The notes beneath the pieces are model-generated. The model saw only the letters and a list, made by a program, of their open reading frames with translations. It was not told the origin of the DNA and did not search any database. The position numbers were made by a program, and so were the translations under genes. A DNA stretch of 64,000 nucleotides from Eledone cirrhosa (taxonomy: Eukaryota), in the NCBI GenBank assembly GCA_964016885.1, contig OZ024741.1:406720001-406784000 (forward strand). Reading direction: 5' to 3'. Below, one piece after another: positions 53,492-64,000 of the stretch; the first letter of the stretch is position 1; each line of letters begins with the position of its first letter.

Positions 53492-53495
<4 letters not shown>
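53301..53495. mobile_element. Miniature fold-back of a Naiad-like PLE terminus in (TA)n
   Basis: Perfect 64-bp arms around position 53431, plus a left-hand tail homologous to 51215-51295. Confidence 0.9.
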
Positions 53496-53569
<74 letters not shown>

Positions 53570-53974
53570 CAACGTTGCTAGAACGTCGAATTCGTTTCGG
53601 ATCTACCCTCTCTCAGTTCAAATACTGCCGAGGTCTATTTTGCCTTTCGTCCATTCGAGATCAATACAATAAAGTACCAGTGAAGTACTTCCTCTATATT
53701 TCTTTCTCACTTCCTCTCTTTCATTCTCTCTCTCCTTCTTTGGAAGAAATCTGCTGTACTCAGACCTGGAGAGGAGATGGGCTCCGTATGCCAATATGAC
53801 ACCCTTACGACTCCCACTTTACGACATGACGTGAACTAATGACCCATATTGATTAACGGGAAATGTTTTTTTATTTAATACATTAAACATGTCTTGGTGG
53901 AAATAATCTTGATCTTCTTTACATTATATTAATTGCACCAAATAAATCTTATGATTCTACACCTCATTCTCTAG

Positions 53975-54230
53975 TAGAAGCACATAGCCTAGAGGTAAGG
54001 GTGTTGGAATTGCAGCCATAAACCGTGAGTTCGATTACTGGACTGGGTTGTGTTTTGTATTCTTTAGTAAAACACTTCATTTCACGTTATTCCGGTATGC
54101 TCTGCTGAAAATGAAATAAGTACCAGCAGCAATAGCTGGAGGTTTAACCCTGCAAAGGACTGCCGTCCTGTCCAGGCGGAAATCTTGTACTCTCAGTCGC
54201 TTAACGCCATGATGAGCCTCCGAGATAGAA
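53975..54230 (+). mobile_element. Decayed tRNA-derived SINE (family B, CORE-like)
   Basis: TAGCCTAGAGG A-box, GAGTTCGATT B-box, and AAAACACTTCATTTCACGTT as at 31840-31880 (minus strand). Confidence 0.65.
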
Positions 54231-54994
54231 ACAGACTTTAGACCTTTAGAATTTATTTACTTCTGGATTGCTTTTACTTTTCCTGTAAGCTGCTATGAAT
54301 ATAAATATTGCTAACTCTCATAATTTTTATTATGCTGGGTCGACTTCATCTTCAAACACCCCAAATTGCTGGCCTTGTGCCGAAATCAGAAACCGTTGAT
54401 AACATAAAAACCTTAAGGGTACTTTTATGAAAGCCACAGCAATAGGTAATCGAAATTATTGTTGTGTGTGTAATGTTTAAATCAATAAAATAGAATCGAA
54501 ATGTTGAAGTTTCTACAAAGCAGAAAAAACAAATCCGACGAAACTACTTATATAGAAAATAGAAATTAAAAAATATACAATTTTCATTTTAATTAAAAGT
54601 ATTTTTCTTCTTATAGGCTTCATTGCTTACAGCAATAATTAACTCAATCTTAAACAGGTTTCCGTTTTCCGATCTTACCATTCATAGTTTTGATACATTT
54701 CTAATAATACAGGATTATTGAAGTAGAAACGATACACATTTTGAAAATATTTTCGACACGAAAAAAAAAGCGATATCTGTTATAAATTCAATAAGTAAAT
54801 CAATAAATAAATTTATAAATTCAATTAATTCGCTAAAGAACCAATAATTATCTCAACGAAGTGAGGGGGAAATTGCTACAAACGACAGAACGCTAATGCT
54901 GTGGTATTTTATCACTTCGTCCTTTTATGTGAGTTTAATTTCGACCGCCATGTTTCCGAAGGCGACAAAATAAGAGACATTAATTATTTTATAG

Positions 54995-55590
54995 AGTTAC
55001 GTCCCTTTACATTCTGAGTTCAAATCCTGCCGAAGTTAGCTTTGCCTTTCATCTTTATGGGGTCGATAAAATAAAGTACCAGTAATGCGCTGGGGTCGAT
55101 TTAATCGACTCCCCCTTCCCCAAATGCTTGCCTTTGTAACTATATTAGAAAGCATTAGTCATTTTATATAGTTAACTATATCTCCCCTATATTTCGTTCT
55201 ATTCCGTCTCAAACCTATTTCATTGAAATCAGTGAACTTGGAAAAAATCGGTAGAGCTCTCTGTTAAAGGACTTGCAAGTTTTAGTTTCACCTCTCAAAA
55301 TGCCGAGTTCAAATCCTTTCTTTTCTGGAATCAACAAATTTCTGTTTTTTTCACACGGGAAATACCATACATGTCTTGTTATACTAGATATTATGTAAAG
55401 CGTCGGACGACATGCTTTATAGCATCGAGTTACGATTCTTTACGATCTGAGTTCAAATCCTGCCGAGGTTAGCTTTGCCTTTCATCCTTACAGGGTTCAT
55501 AAAATAAAATACCAGTAATGCACTGGGGTCGATATAATCGACATTCCCCACACCAAAAAATGTTTAGCCTTGTGCCTAAATCAGAAACCA
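54995..55590 (+). mobile_element. Cluster of family A SINE copies (54995-55150, about 55240-55320, 55395-55590)
   Basis: CTGAGTTCAAATCCTGCCGA(A/G)GTTAGCTTTGCCTTTCATC motifs. Confidence 0.8.
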
Positions 55591-55649
55591 ATATATCATT
55601 TCTTTTTGTATTGTTCTTGTTGCAATTGCCGTTGTTACTCTCTACCTTA

Positions 55650-55930
55650 CGCCATTAAACATTATACCATTAAACTCTTACCGATAGGGAACGTATGCCA
55701 TTAAACTCTTACCGATGGGGAACCTATTCCATTAAACTCTTGCCGGCATGGAACATATGCCATTAAACTCTTACCGACGGGGGAACCTATGCCATTAAAC
55801 CCTTGCCGGTAGGGAACACATGCCATTAAACTCTTACATGCATGGAACATATGCCATTAAACTATTACTGACAGGGAACCTATGCCATTAAATTATTACC
55901 GATGGGGAACCTGCAGCCTTCTATGCCATT
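55650..55930 (+). repeat. Imperfect minisatellite of about 31 bp, about 9 copies
   Basis: TATGCCATTAAACTCTTACCGATGGGGAACC units. Confidence 0.9.
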
Positions 55931-56234
55931 ATGTGCGGCCTATTATCAATTCTCAAAGGAAATTAGAGAATTAAACTTATAGACTGTATTTGCCAGCTTT
56001 TAAGAGAAAGGAATAGCTCAATGCTTTATATGATATATATAAAGGTTTGGAGAAGAACAGATATTAGCGTGGAAGAGTAATAGAGAGCGACAAAAGTATT
56101 AATGGGAAATCAATCTTCTTTCATCAAAAGAAACGTATTTATTCTACAGGGTAACCACAAAAACACTCCTTTATTTCAAATACTTATATCAAAACTTAAA
56201 AGAATATTCTTACAATATTGGTGGCTACAGTTGC

Positions 56235-56480
56235 AACTTCTGGTGTCCTTGGCCCTAGAGCTACCTCCCTATTCACCACCATAGGCGCTGAGCTAGCCAG
56301 CCGTAGGTGTGAGCCTCGCGAGTTGGAATGGCTCTTCCAGCGCATCTCCCTTACCATCCTCCGGGGAAGCGCCTTCTCCATCCTATCCGCCGGGGCTGTG
56401 GGGAGGCCAGCACGTGGGACCCCATTCGCTCACCATACGGATTAATAGGCAAAGTTATAAACTATTGTAAATAAAAAGTT
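56235..56480 (+). mobile_element. 3' tail of a CRE-like (RLE) non-LTR retrotransposon
   Basis: TSGVLGPRA..LFQRISLTILRGSA matches the ETxGxxG..QRLSxAxxRGNA C-terminal motif; AATAAA lies downstream. Confidence 0.7.
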
Positions 56481-56837
56481 ATTTCGTAATAAACTAACAA
56501 CGTTTCTTTCCACATTTGCAGAATTGACTCAATCCGCTAGATGGCAGTGTAATTCAAGATGGCGTTCTCTTCTCAACAACGTAGCTGCTATGTTTTTGTG
56601 GTCAACCTGTATTACAATCGTTTCGAATGATATATGATCACGAATTATTGAACTGTTGTTGCAGAATTCGTTTTGCATCGTCCATCCATAGAAATAGATG
56701 GGTTTATAAGATCACAGTTGATTCTCCTCTGAGAGAAAAAGATAGTGATTGGTGACGTTTTATCACTGAAACATTTTCATTATATTTAGTATGGAATATG
56801 TGAATTACTTCATCATCTTAAGAACCAACATTATAAC

Positions 56838-59800
56838 CCTTCTTCTTCTTCTTCTTCGCTCACTTATTACTGAGCTGGTCATTGGGGACAGAGTCCTCAA
56901 ACCCTCCCTCCACCAGGTCCTGTCAGAAGCAACTGTCTCCAACTGATCCAGCTGGATCACAAAGCAAGACCAACCAAGCTCATGGATATTATTCAACCAT
57001 TTTGTTCAGTGTCTACGCCTGGGTCTCCTGTCGGTTGGTTTTTCCCATAAAATCTGTCCAGAAATTCTTTCCTGAGACATTCTAACCCCATGTCCATAGT
57101 ATCGGAGCTGTGATCTTCCAATTCGGAGAAGTAGCAGCTCTACCTAGAGTGACTCTCTGATCTCCCAGACACACACTCTATTGAGTAACGTTACTCCAAA
57201 GACCCTTCAGAGGAATTCCATTTCGGCCGCTTGTATTCTTTTGGCCATTACCCAAGATTCATGACCATAGGTAAGGGTTGGCACGAATACTGAATTGAAG
57301 ATAGCAAGTTTGACTTCTACACCCACCTCCCTTCTTCTGATTACTGAATGCTGAAGCTGGCGCATTACTGCATCAGCTTTTGTAATTCTTGGACTTAATT
57401 CAGTCTTCTCCTTTCCATCACTCGTGAACACAGCCCTGAGATATTTGAACTTTTCTACCTGCTTCACATGTAAAGTGCACAGCGCAGGCGAGTGTCTCAG
57501 TTTTCAAAGCACTGATTTTCATTCCAGCCATGCAGCACTCGACATCAAACCTATCAAGTACAAGTTGGAGACCTCCTTCTGTCGAGTTATGTAAAACCAT
57601 GTCGTCTGCAAATTCCAGTTGACTGATTTCACACCCGACAGTCATGATACCACTTCCAACCCGGCTGCACATGTCAATCCTGTTCATGTAAATAATGAAC
57701 AGGAAAGGTGACGCACCCTTGGCGGAATCCGACTCCCACATTGAATGGTTTCGATTTAGCACCATTTATCCAAATACAAATACTCGGGCATTCGTATAGA
57801 GACATCGGGGCAGCAAGAAGCTGACCATCGATCACATACTCCTGCACAACCTTCCACAGCAGGTCCCCAGGAACGCGGTCATATGCCTTTTCAAGGTTAA
57901 CAAAACAAGAATGTACCCCTTGGCAATACTCCCACGATTTCTCGAATATCTGCCGCAATGTAAATATTTGGTCGGGTGTACTGCGTTCGGGGTGAAAACC
58001 ATACTGTTCATCAGCTAGGTAGGACTCGACAATCTCCCTGCATCTCTTTAACTGACACTTAGCATAGACTTTACCAGGGAGGCTTGACAAGGAGATCCCT
58101 CTGTAATTGGAACAATCTTTCTTGACTCTCTTTTTGAAAATTGGGATTATCACTCCTTAGGTGCCTTTTAAGTGATCCAGGCCAAACAGCACACACGAGT
58201 CATCCAGAGAATACCTTCTTTATTTAAGGCTTTTAACATCTCGAGCCGGCCTTCATCTTCCCCAGTGGCTTTGCCCCATTTGAGCTCTTTAACTGCTCTT
58301 GCGACCTCAGCCTCTGAGAGATTAATCATCCAGATGCACCTCGTGTACATCGAAAGATACTGCTGTGATCGGGTTCAGGAAATCAGCAAAGTATTCTTTC
58401 CACCTCGCGAGGATGAACCTCTCTTAAGAGAGGAGAACCCCAGACGCGTTCTTGATAGCAGGTGTGGTGGAGGGCTTCTTAGTACGAAGTCGGTGTGTGA
58501 TCTGCCAGAACACTTTATTTGCTGATCTGAAGTCGGATTCCAGCATAACCCCAAAGTCCTCCCATGTCTTAACTTTGAACGCTTTTACTGTTTCTGCTGC
58601 GATTTTTCGTGCCTGCTTGTACTGCAAGTGCAAGAAGGAGAACTTATTTCGAAGCCAAGCTCCTTCTTTGCTCGGATGACACTTTTGACCTCTTGATTGA
58701 ATCAAGGAGTCTTCCTGCCATTCGGCGCCACACCAAGCCCCTGTCTCCTGCAGCATTTAACAGCTGAAGCAGAAACTGCTGCGCTGAACAATCTCCACTC
58801 AACGTCCTCAGAATTCTCTCAATTTGGATGCAATAGTATCTGCATAACTGGTCCTGACTTCCTTATCCACCAATACTTCCTACTTTATCCTGTAGATCGC
58901 CATGGACCTGCCAGTTTGGTGGGTTTCGTTGGCTTTAGGTAGTCTCAAGTTGCAGATAACTAGATGGTGACCAGTTGACAGCTCAGTCCTTCTCTTAACA
59001 CGTACATCTAGCACAGAATCAAAGAGATCAGAGACAATAACAAAATCAATTATTGATTTCTGTCCCTGATTCCCCTTATATCATGTATATTTATGGATGG
59101 CGCTGTGATGGAAGAAGGTGTTTATAATAGAGAGTCCATTGCTAGAACAGAAGTCTAGCAAGGCCTCTCCATTCGTATTTAGATTGGGGTCACCATTCCT
59201 TCCAATAAATCCTTACCATGTCAAGTAGTCAGTGCCAACATGTGTATTGAAATCTCCCATCAGGAATATAACTCATTCTTAACTGCATCTAACACCGCAC
59301 TGACTTCATCAAGGAAGGACCTGTAATCGGACTCCTTGTTTGGTGCATAAACTTGCAACACCTACAGATACCTATCTTTCAGCCATAGCTTCAAGAGGCA
59401 AATCCTCCCTCCTAACGGGATCCATTCCTTAACACATTATGACGCCCAGGGGCTTGTGAGTATCCCCACTCCAACCTGTGCAGTCATTTCTGGTGCTACG
59501 CCTGAATAGTGAAGTTTCCATCCTCCATCCAAATCTACAGTATCAGAGCCACTGAGCTTTGTTGAGGAAACCCTGACTATATCTAGTCGGTAGCATCTTG
59601 TTGAGGAAACTCTGACTATATCTAGTCGGTAGCATCTTGTTGAGGAAACTCTGACTATATGTAGTCGGTAGCATCTTGTTGAGGAAACCCTGACTATATC
59701 TAGTCGGTAGCATCTTGTTGAGGAAACCCTGACTATATCTAGTCGGTAGCATCTTGTTGAGGAAACCCTGACTATATCTAGTCGGTAGCATCTTGTTGAG

Positions 59801-60480
59801 GAAACTCTGACTATTTCTAGTCGGTAGCATCTTGTTGAGGAAACTCTGACTATTTCTAGTCGGTAGCATCTTGTTGAGGAAACTCTGACTATATCTAGTC
59901 GGTAGCATCTTGTTGAGGAAACTCTGACTATTTCTAGTCGGTAGCATCTTGTTGAGGAAACTCTGACTATATCTAGTCGGTAGCATCTTGTTGAGGAAAC
60001 TCTGACTATTTCTAGTCGGTAGCATCTTGTTGAGGAAACCCTGACTATTTCTAGTCGGTAGCATCTTGTTGAGGAAACTCTGACTATTTCTAGTCGGTAG
60101 CATCTTGTTGAGGAAACTCTGACTATATCTAGTCGGTAGCATCTTGTTGAGGAACCTCTGACTATTTCTAGTCGGTAGCATCTTGTTGAGGAAACCCTGA
60201 CTATTTCTAGTCGGTAGCATCTTGTTGAGGAAACTCTGACTATTTCTAGTCGGTAGCATCTTGTTGAGTTTTTGTGGCACGAAATGGAGACTGCAATATA
60301 TTTTTCCAACAGGCCCCTCTACCTAAGGCCTGGACGCGTCCCTTGTTAACCCGCGCGAAGGACGGTGCGGTACGTTTTTCCTTTGTTTTCCTCGTCATAT
60401 TTCAGTTTCAGTTTCGGTGGTCTTATCCGCGCCAGTCCCCAATCTGATACTTTGTCAAACCCGCGAAGATTAGGGTTTTG
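56838..60480 (-). mobile_element. Decayed RTE-clade LINE (APE plus RT) with an (AAG)n 3' tail
   Basis: GWKLHYSG..GVGIL; IIPIFKK..CSNYRGISL; EQYGF..DQIFTLRQ; LEKAYDRVP; GFRQGC; FADD; VEKFKYL; many stops and frameshifts. The 5' boundary is approximate. Confidence 0.9.
59560..60268 (-). repeat. 39-bp tandem repeat, 18 copies, inside the RTE endonuclease N-terminus
   Basis: Encodes RCYRL(D/E)IVRVSST in frame with the downstream APE sequence. Confidence 0.95.
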
Positions 60481-60877
60481 TAGAGGCGGCCTTTACTCGC
60501 CTCATTATAGCTACGTCACTGGGTTGTGAGAGTTTTTGGGTGAGGAGCTACAGGTGTCACCCATTGCTCCATCTCCCCTAGTAGATTACCACTGTTTGTC
60601 CGAGGTTGCTTACTCGTCCGGCAGTTTCCCCACTTATATTGCAACTAACCATCATATCTGGTGGTCTTAGCGTTATCCGCCACCTGCAACCCATTTTCTA
60701 GCAGAACACCTCTACTCACCGATTAAAATCTTTTCTAGTTTTGTTTTTTGCACGAATATTGGATGTTGACAACTTGCTTTAAGATTTATATAACCGAAAA
60801 ACCATCTAAGGAAGATAATTTCTTTCCATGAATTATCTCCCTTAGACGGTTTTCGGTTCTATAATTGCCAATTTTAA

Positions 60878-61062
60878 ATGGCAATGGAGACCTCTAGTGT
60901 CCTCGGTCCTAGGGCTACCTCTCTACTCACCACCATAGGCGCTGAGCTGGCCAGCCGCAGGTGTGAGCCTCGCGAGCTGGAATGGCTTTTCCAGTGCGTC
61001 TCCCTGCCGTCATCCGGGGAAACGCCTTCTCCATTCTGTCCGCCGGGGCTGTGGGGAGGCCA
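60878..61062 (+). mobile_element. Second CRE-like 3' fragment
   Basis: High similarity to 56235-56408 (AMETSSVLGPRA..REL EWLFQ). Confidence 0.7.
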
Positions 61063-61299
61063 CCAATATGATTGACTGACTTGTCATTTTATCAGTCAGA
61101 TACTAGTACTGTTACAGAAATAAACAACATTTGAACTTGTACGTTAAAATATTTGAGTGAAAAATTATTGTAATGGCAGTGACTGTTGTAATGGCAGTGA
61201 CTGTTGTAATGGCAGTGACTGTTAAGAGTTCAATCCAAAGAAGAAAAAGAATTTTGTTTTTAGTTCATCTTGTTGCTAGAAGTTTCCTTCTGTTTCACC

Positions 61300-61655
61300 A
61301 GCTCCGGCTTTGTCATCACACAACCTTGAACTAAAGAAGGGTGTCTTCACAGAAACCTCCATCAACCTAGTTTGTACAATGGGCTGTGTATGGATGTGAT
61401 TTACCTACAGCCTCGCGTTATCGAAGTCAAAATCTTCACTGGATGTTCTAAGGGAGACATCACATTTATATTTAGAGTACTGCTAATACACACTGATGTC
61501 TCCTTTCGTTTCAAACGCTTGCAATTCCCTGTAAGAGTCAGTTACGTAATGACCATTAACAAGTCCGAAGATCAAACACTATAGGTTATCTGTCTCTCTC
61601 TAGAAGAGGACTGTTTCTCACATGGTCAATTGTAAGTAGGTTGTTCTAGAGTAGC
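61300..61655 (+). pseudogene. Helitron/PIF1-type helicase C-terminal remnant
   Basis: HNLELKKG; LYNG; FKRLQFPVRVSYVMTINKSEDQTL*..CFSHGQL*VGCSRV, the PIF1 helicase C-terminal motifs with in-frame stops. Confidence 0.85.
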
Positions 61656-62229
61656 CTCCATATATACCCCAAACACTGGAAGTTATCTGTCTCTATCTAG
61701 ATCAAGGATTCTCAACCCATTTCGAAATCATGAAACGCCCCCTACCCTATTTTTCCATTTTTCAATATACTACTGATTTTGATATCAGTAGATTACTGGG
61801 CCAAATCAAGTTATCTTAGAATCTTTAAAAAATACTCGTACGAATTAAATACAAAAAAGTTTCAGTCCAAAACAAAAGCAAGCTATTTTAAATTATAAAC
61901 GTTTGAAATAAAAAAAAAGATTTGATCTCAGTCGAAAAAGATTTTTTTTTTAAATTCTATATTTCACTGTTAGCTGTTGTAATATTTTGAGTGGATAGAC
62001 AATTGAAACTGTAAAGTCAAAATACAAAAGATGTAAAATATGAAGAATTTCTTACCTTTCTCTGAAATCACAAACTCAGGGGGGAAATAGTACCTTGCAA
62101 AATAAAATACCTCGTAGCAAAATAAAATACTTAGTAGCAAGGAATGAATTGAGAATCTTGGTGACTGAGAAAGCAATATCTGTATCCCTTATATATATAC
62201 ATAGATAGATACACACACACACACACACG

Positions 62230-62315
<86 letters not shown>

Positions 62316-62659
62316 TGCACACACATAAACTTATTTGTGTGTGCCTTGGTTTTGGTACAGAAAGAATTTTGTCTCCAGTTTTTATTGCCAGGTCAAAGGC
62401 CACTGCTCTTTTCAACAACACCAAATAACAACGCCATATATGTATATATATATATATATAGAATGTTTAAGTATCGAGAGAGAGAAAAAAGGAAAGATAA
62501 GCGATGCATATATCTAGTTGCCAATAGTTTGTGCAAATGTGCTCAATACTTGTGCCTACAGGGTTAAATATTAGAAGCGTTAATATTTAGTGGGCGAGGA
62601 AATAAACCTTTATTTGTCTGCCTCTCTGTTTTGTTCCCGTATAAATTTTCACTATACAT

Positions 62660-64000
62660 ATATATATATAAACGTTTGTATATGTATAATAAAGCCAAAA
62701 CAATGCAGGTATGGACATAGAATAAAGAATGCAAATGCAAAAGATATTGTTGACAATTAGTCTTTTACCTTAGATTTATTTAAATGTCCTTAATTTTCGA
62801 GATAATATCTCTTCTTCGGAGGGAAGTAAAGCGGTTAAACCAGTGTTCTAAATAGCTTGCCAAGTCATGCTGACAGGAAATGGTATAGAGTATCTGTTTT
62901 ATCTCTAATGTCAAAGAGTTAAGGTTAGGTGGATAAAGAGTAGTCTCCCTTTAAAAGGTTTTTTGGGGGACTTTTTTTTACATGCCCGTTTAAGTGTGTG
63001 GGAGAATGCATGGAGGTGTAAGTATGTGAGTGTGTGTGTGTGAGAGTGAGAAGATATGTCTATACGTAAATGTGGAGGATAGATGTTATCTCGTGTTAGA
63101 ACTGGTCTTTGTGTGTGTATGTGTGTGTGTGAGAGAGAATAAGTGGAGGTGTAAGCGCGCGTGTGTGTGTGTGTGTGTGTGTATGCGTGCGTGTGTGTGT
63201 GCGTGTGTGTGTGCGTGTGTGGGGGGTGTAAATATGGGGCTAGAAGCTCTATCAAGTTATAAATTGGGTGTTGAGTTCTCGTCTATTATTGATTGGTGGT
63301 TGTGTTTTGTCTATAATTAGTGCTTCCTTAATTCTAAGATTGCCGAGGTTTCTTTCCTTAGTTTCTATCCTAATTGTTATAGTTTTGTCAGTGTTTTTGC
63401 ATTTAACTAGGTGTTTCTTAAATGAGGAAGCGTTAGTATTGAGGTGTTCTTTTATTCTTATGTGGAGTGGTCTGGTGGTGCTACCTACGTAGAAGTTGCT
63501 GCATTTGTCACACTCTAGTCTGTATACGACGTAAGCCTGGTGGCATAGGTCTGTGTCGTTGATGGGGCAGTTGGCTAGCCTGCAGCAGTTGTCATGTCTG
63601 GTGGAGTGTCTTTTGGTTAGCTGTCCGCGTAGAGAAGGACCTGAGTGGGCCAGTTGGATATCTAGTCCCTCTCGTCTGATGGCTCTGCGGATGGCTGTTG
63701 TTGTTTCGTCAATGAAGTGTGGGAGCTTCAGGAAGCAAGTGTTAGTGCCTCGGGTGTGATGTCCTCTGTTCTTTCTGGCACGGTTTGTGGTGGATGTCGT
63801 GTATCTATTCAGTTTGAGTACTTCCAGGAAATGTGTGGTGTGTGTGTCTCTGTCTCTAACGTCGGTGCATTTGTTCCGGATACGTGTAGTTCGTTCCTTA
63901 TGTATCCGAACTTAGCGCCGGCTGGGAGGGCCGATCTGAAATGTACGAACAGGTCCCTGCTGGCGGCTTTTTTATAGAAGCAGGTGTGGATGTTGCCTTC
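62660..64000 (-). mobile_element. Penelope-like element 3' part (thumb, GIY-YIG, 3' UTR), continuing past the window edge; missed by the ORF track
   Basis: Manual minus-strand translation gives FYKKP..LFVHFRSALP, FLKLPHF, CRLANCPI..CHQAYVVYRLECDKCSNFYVGSTTRPLHIRIKEH..LRIKEALII..IN; stop at 63252. Confidence 0.88.

Overview
Eukaryotic, repeat-saturated animal DNA. It is most likely octopus/cephalopod, inferred from the tRNA-derived SINE families, the microsatellite density and the C2H2-ZF array. No intact host gene is visible. Bases 1-16.3 kb are a 29-bp satellite with about 2.4-kb and 4.8-kb higher-order periodicity; it appears to be the amplified A-box head of the local SINE. The rest is a mosaic of retroelements: a near full-length Tx1/L1-type LINE, an R4/Dong-type RLE LINE, an RTE LINE, CRE-type tails, at least four Penelope-like elements (PLEs; RT plus GIY-YIG) and many SINEs. 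It also holds Helitron remnants, a homogenised 84-bp C2H2 zinc-finger array and several minisatellites. The main hidden layer is at least ten hand-folded type I hammerhead ribozyme motifs (seven distinct sequences, one with a U3-A8 core variant). Most sit at PLE ends or in asymmetric fold-back (palindromic) insertions embedded in (TA)n tracts. Most of the supplied short ORFs are microsatellite or antisense artefacts. All folds and family assignments were made by eye, and coordinates are approximate.
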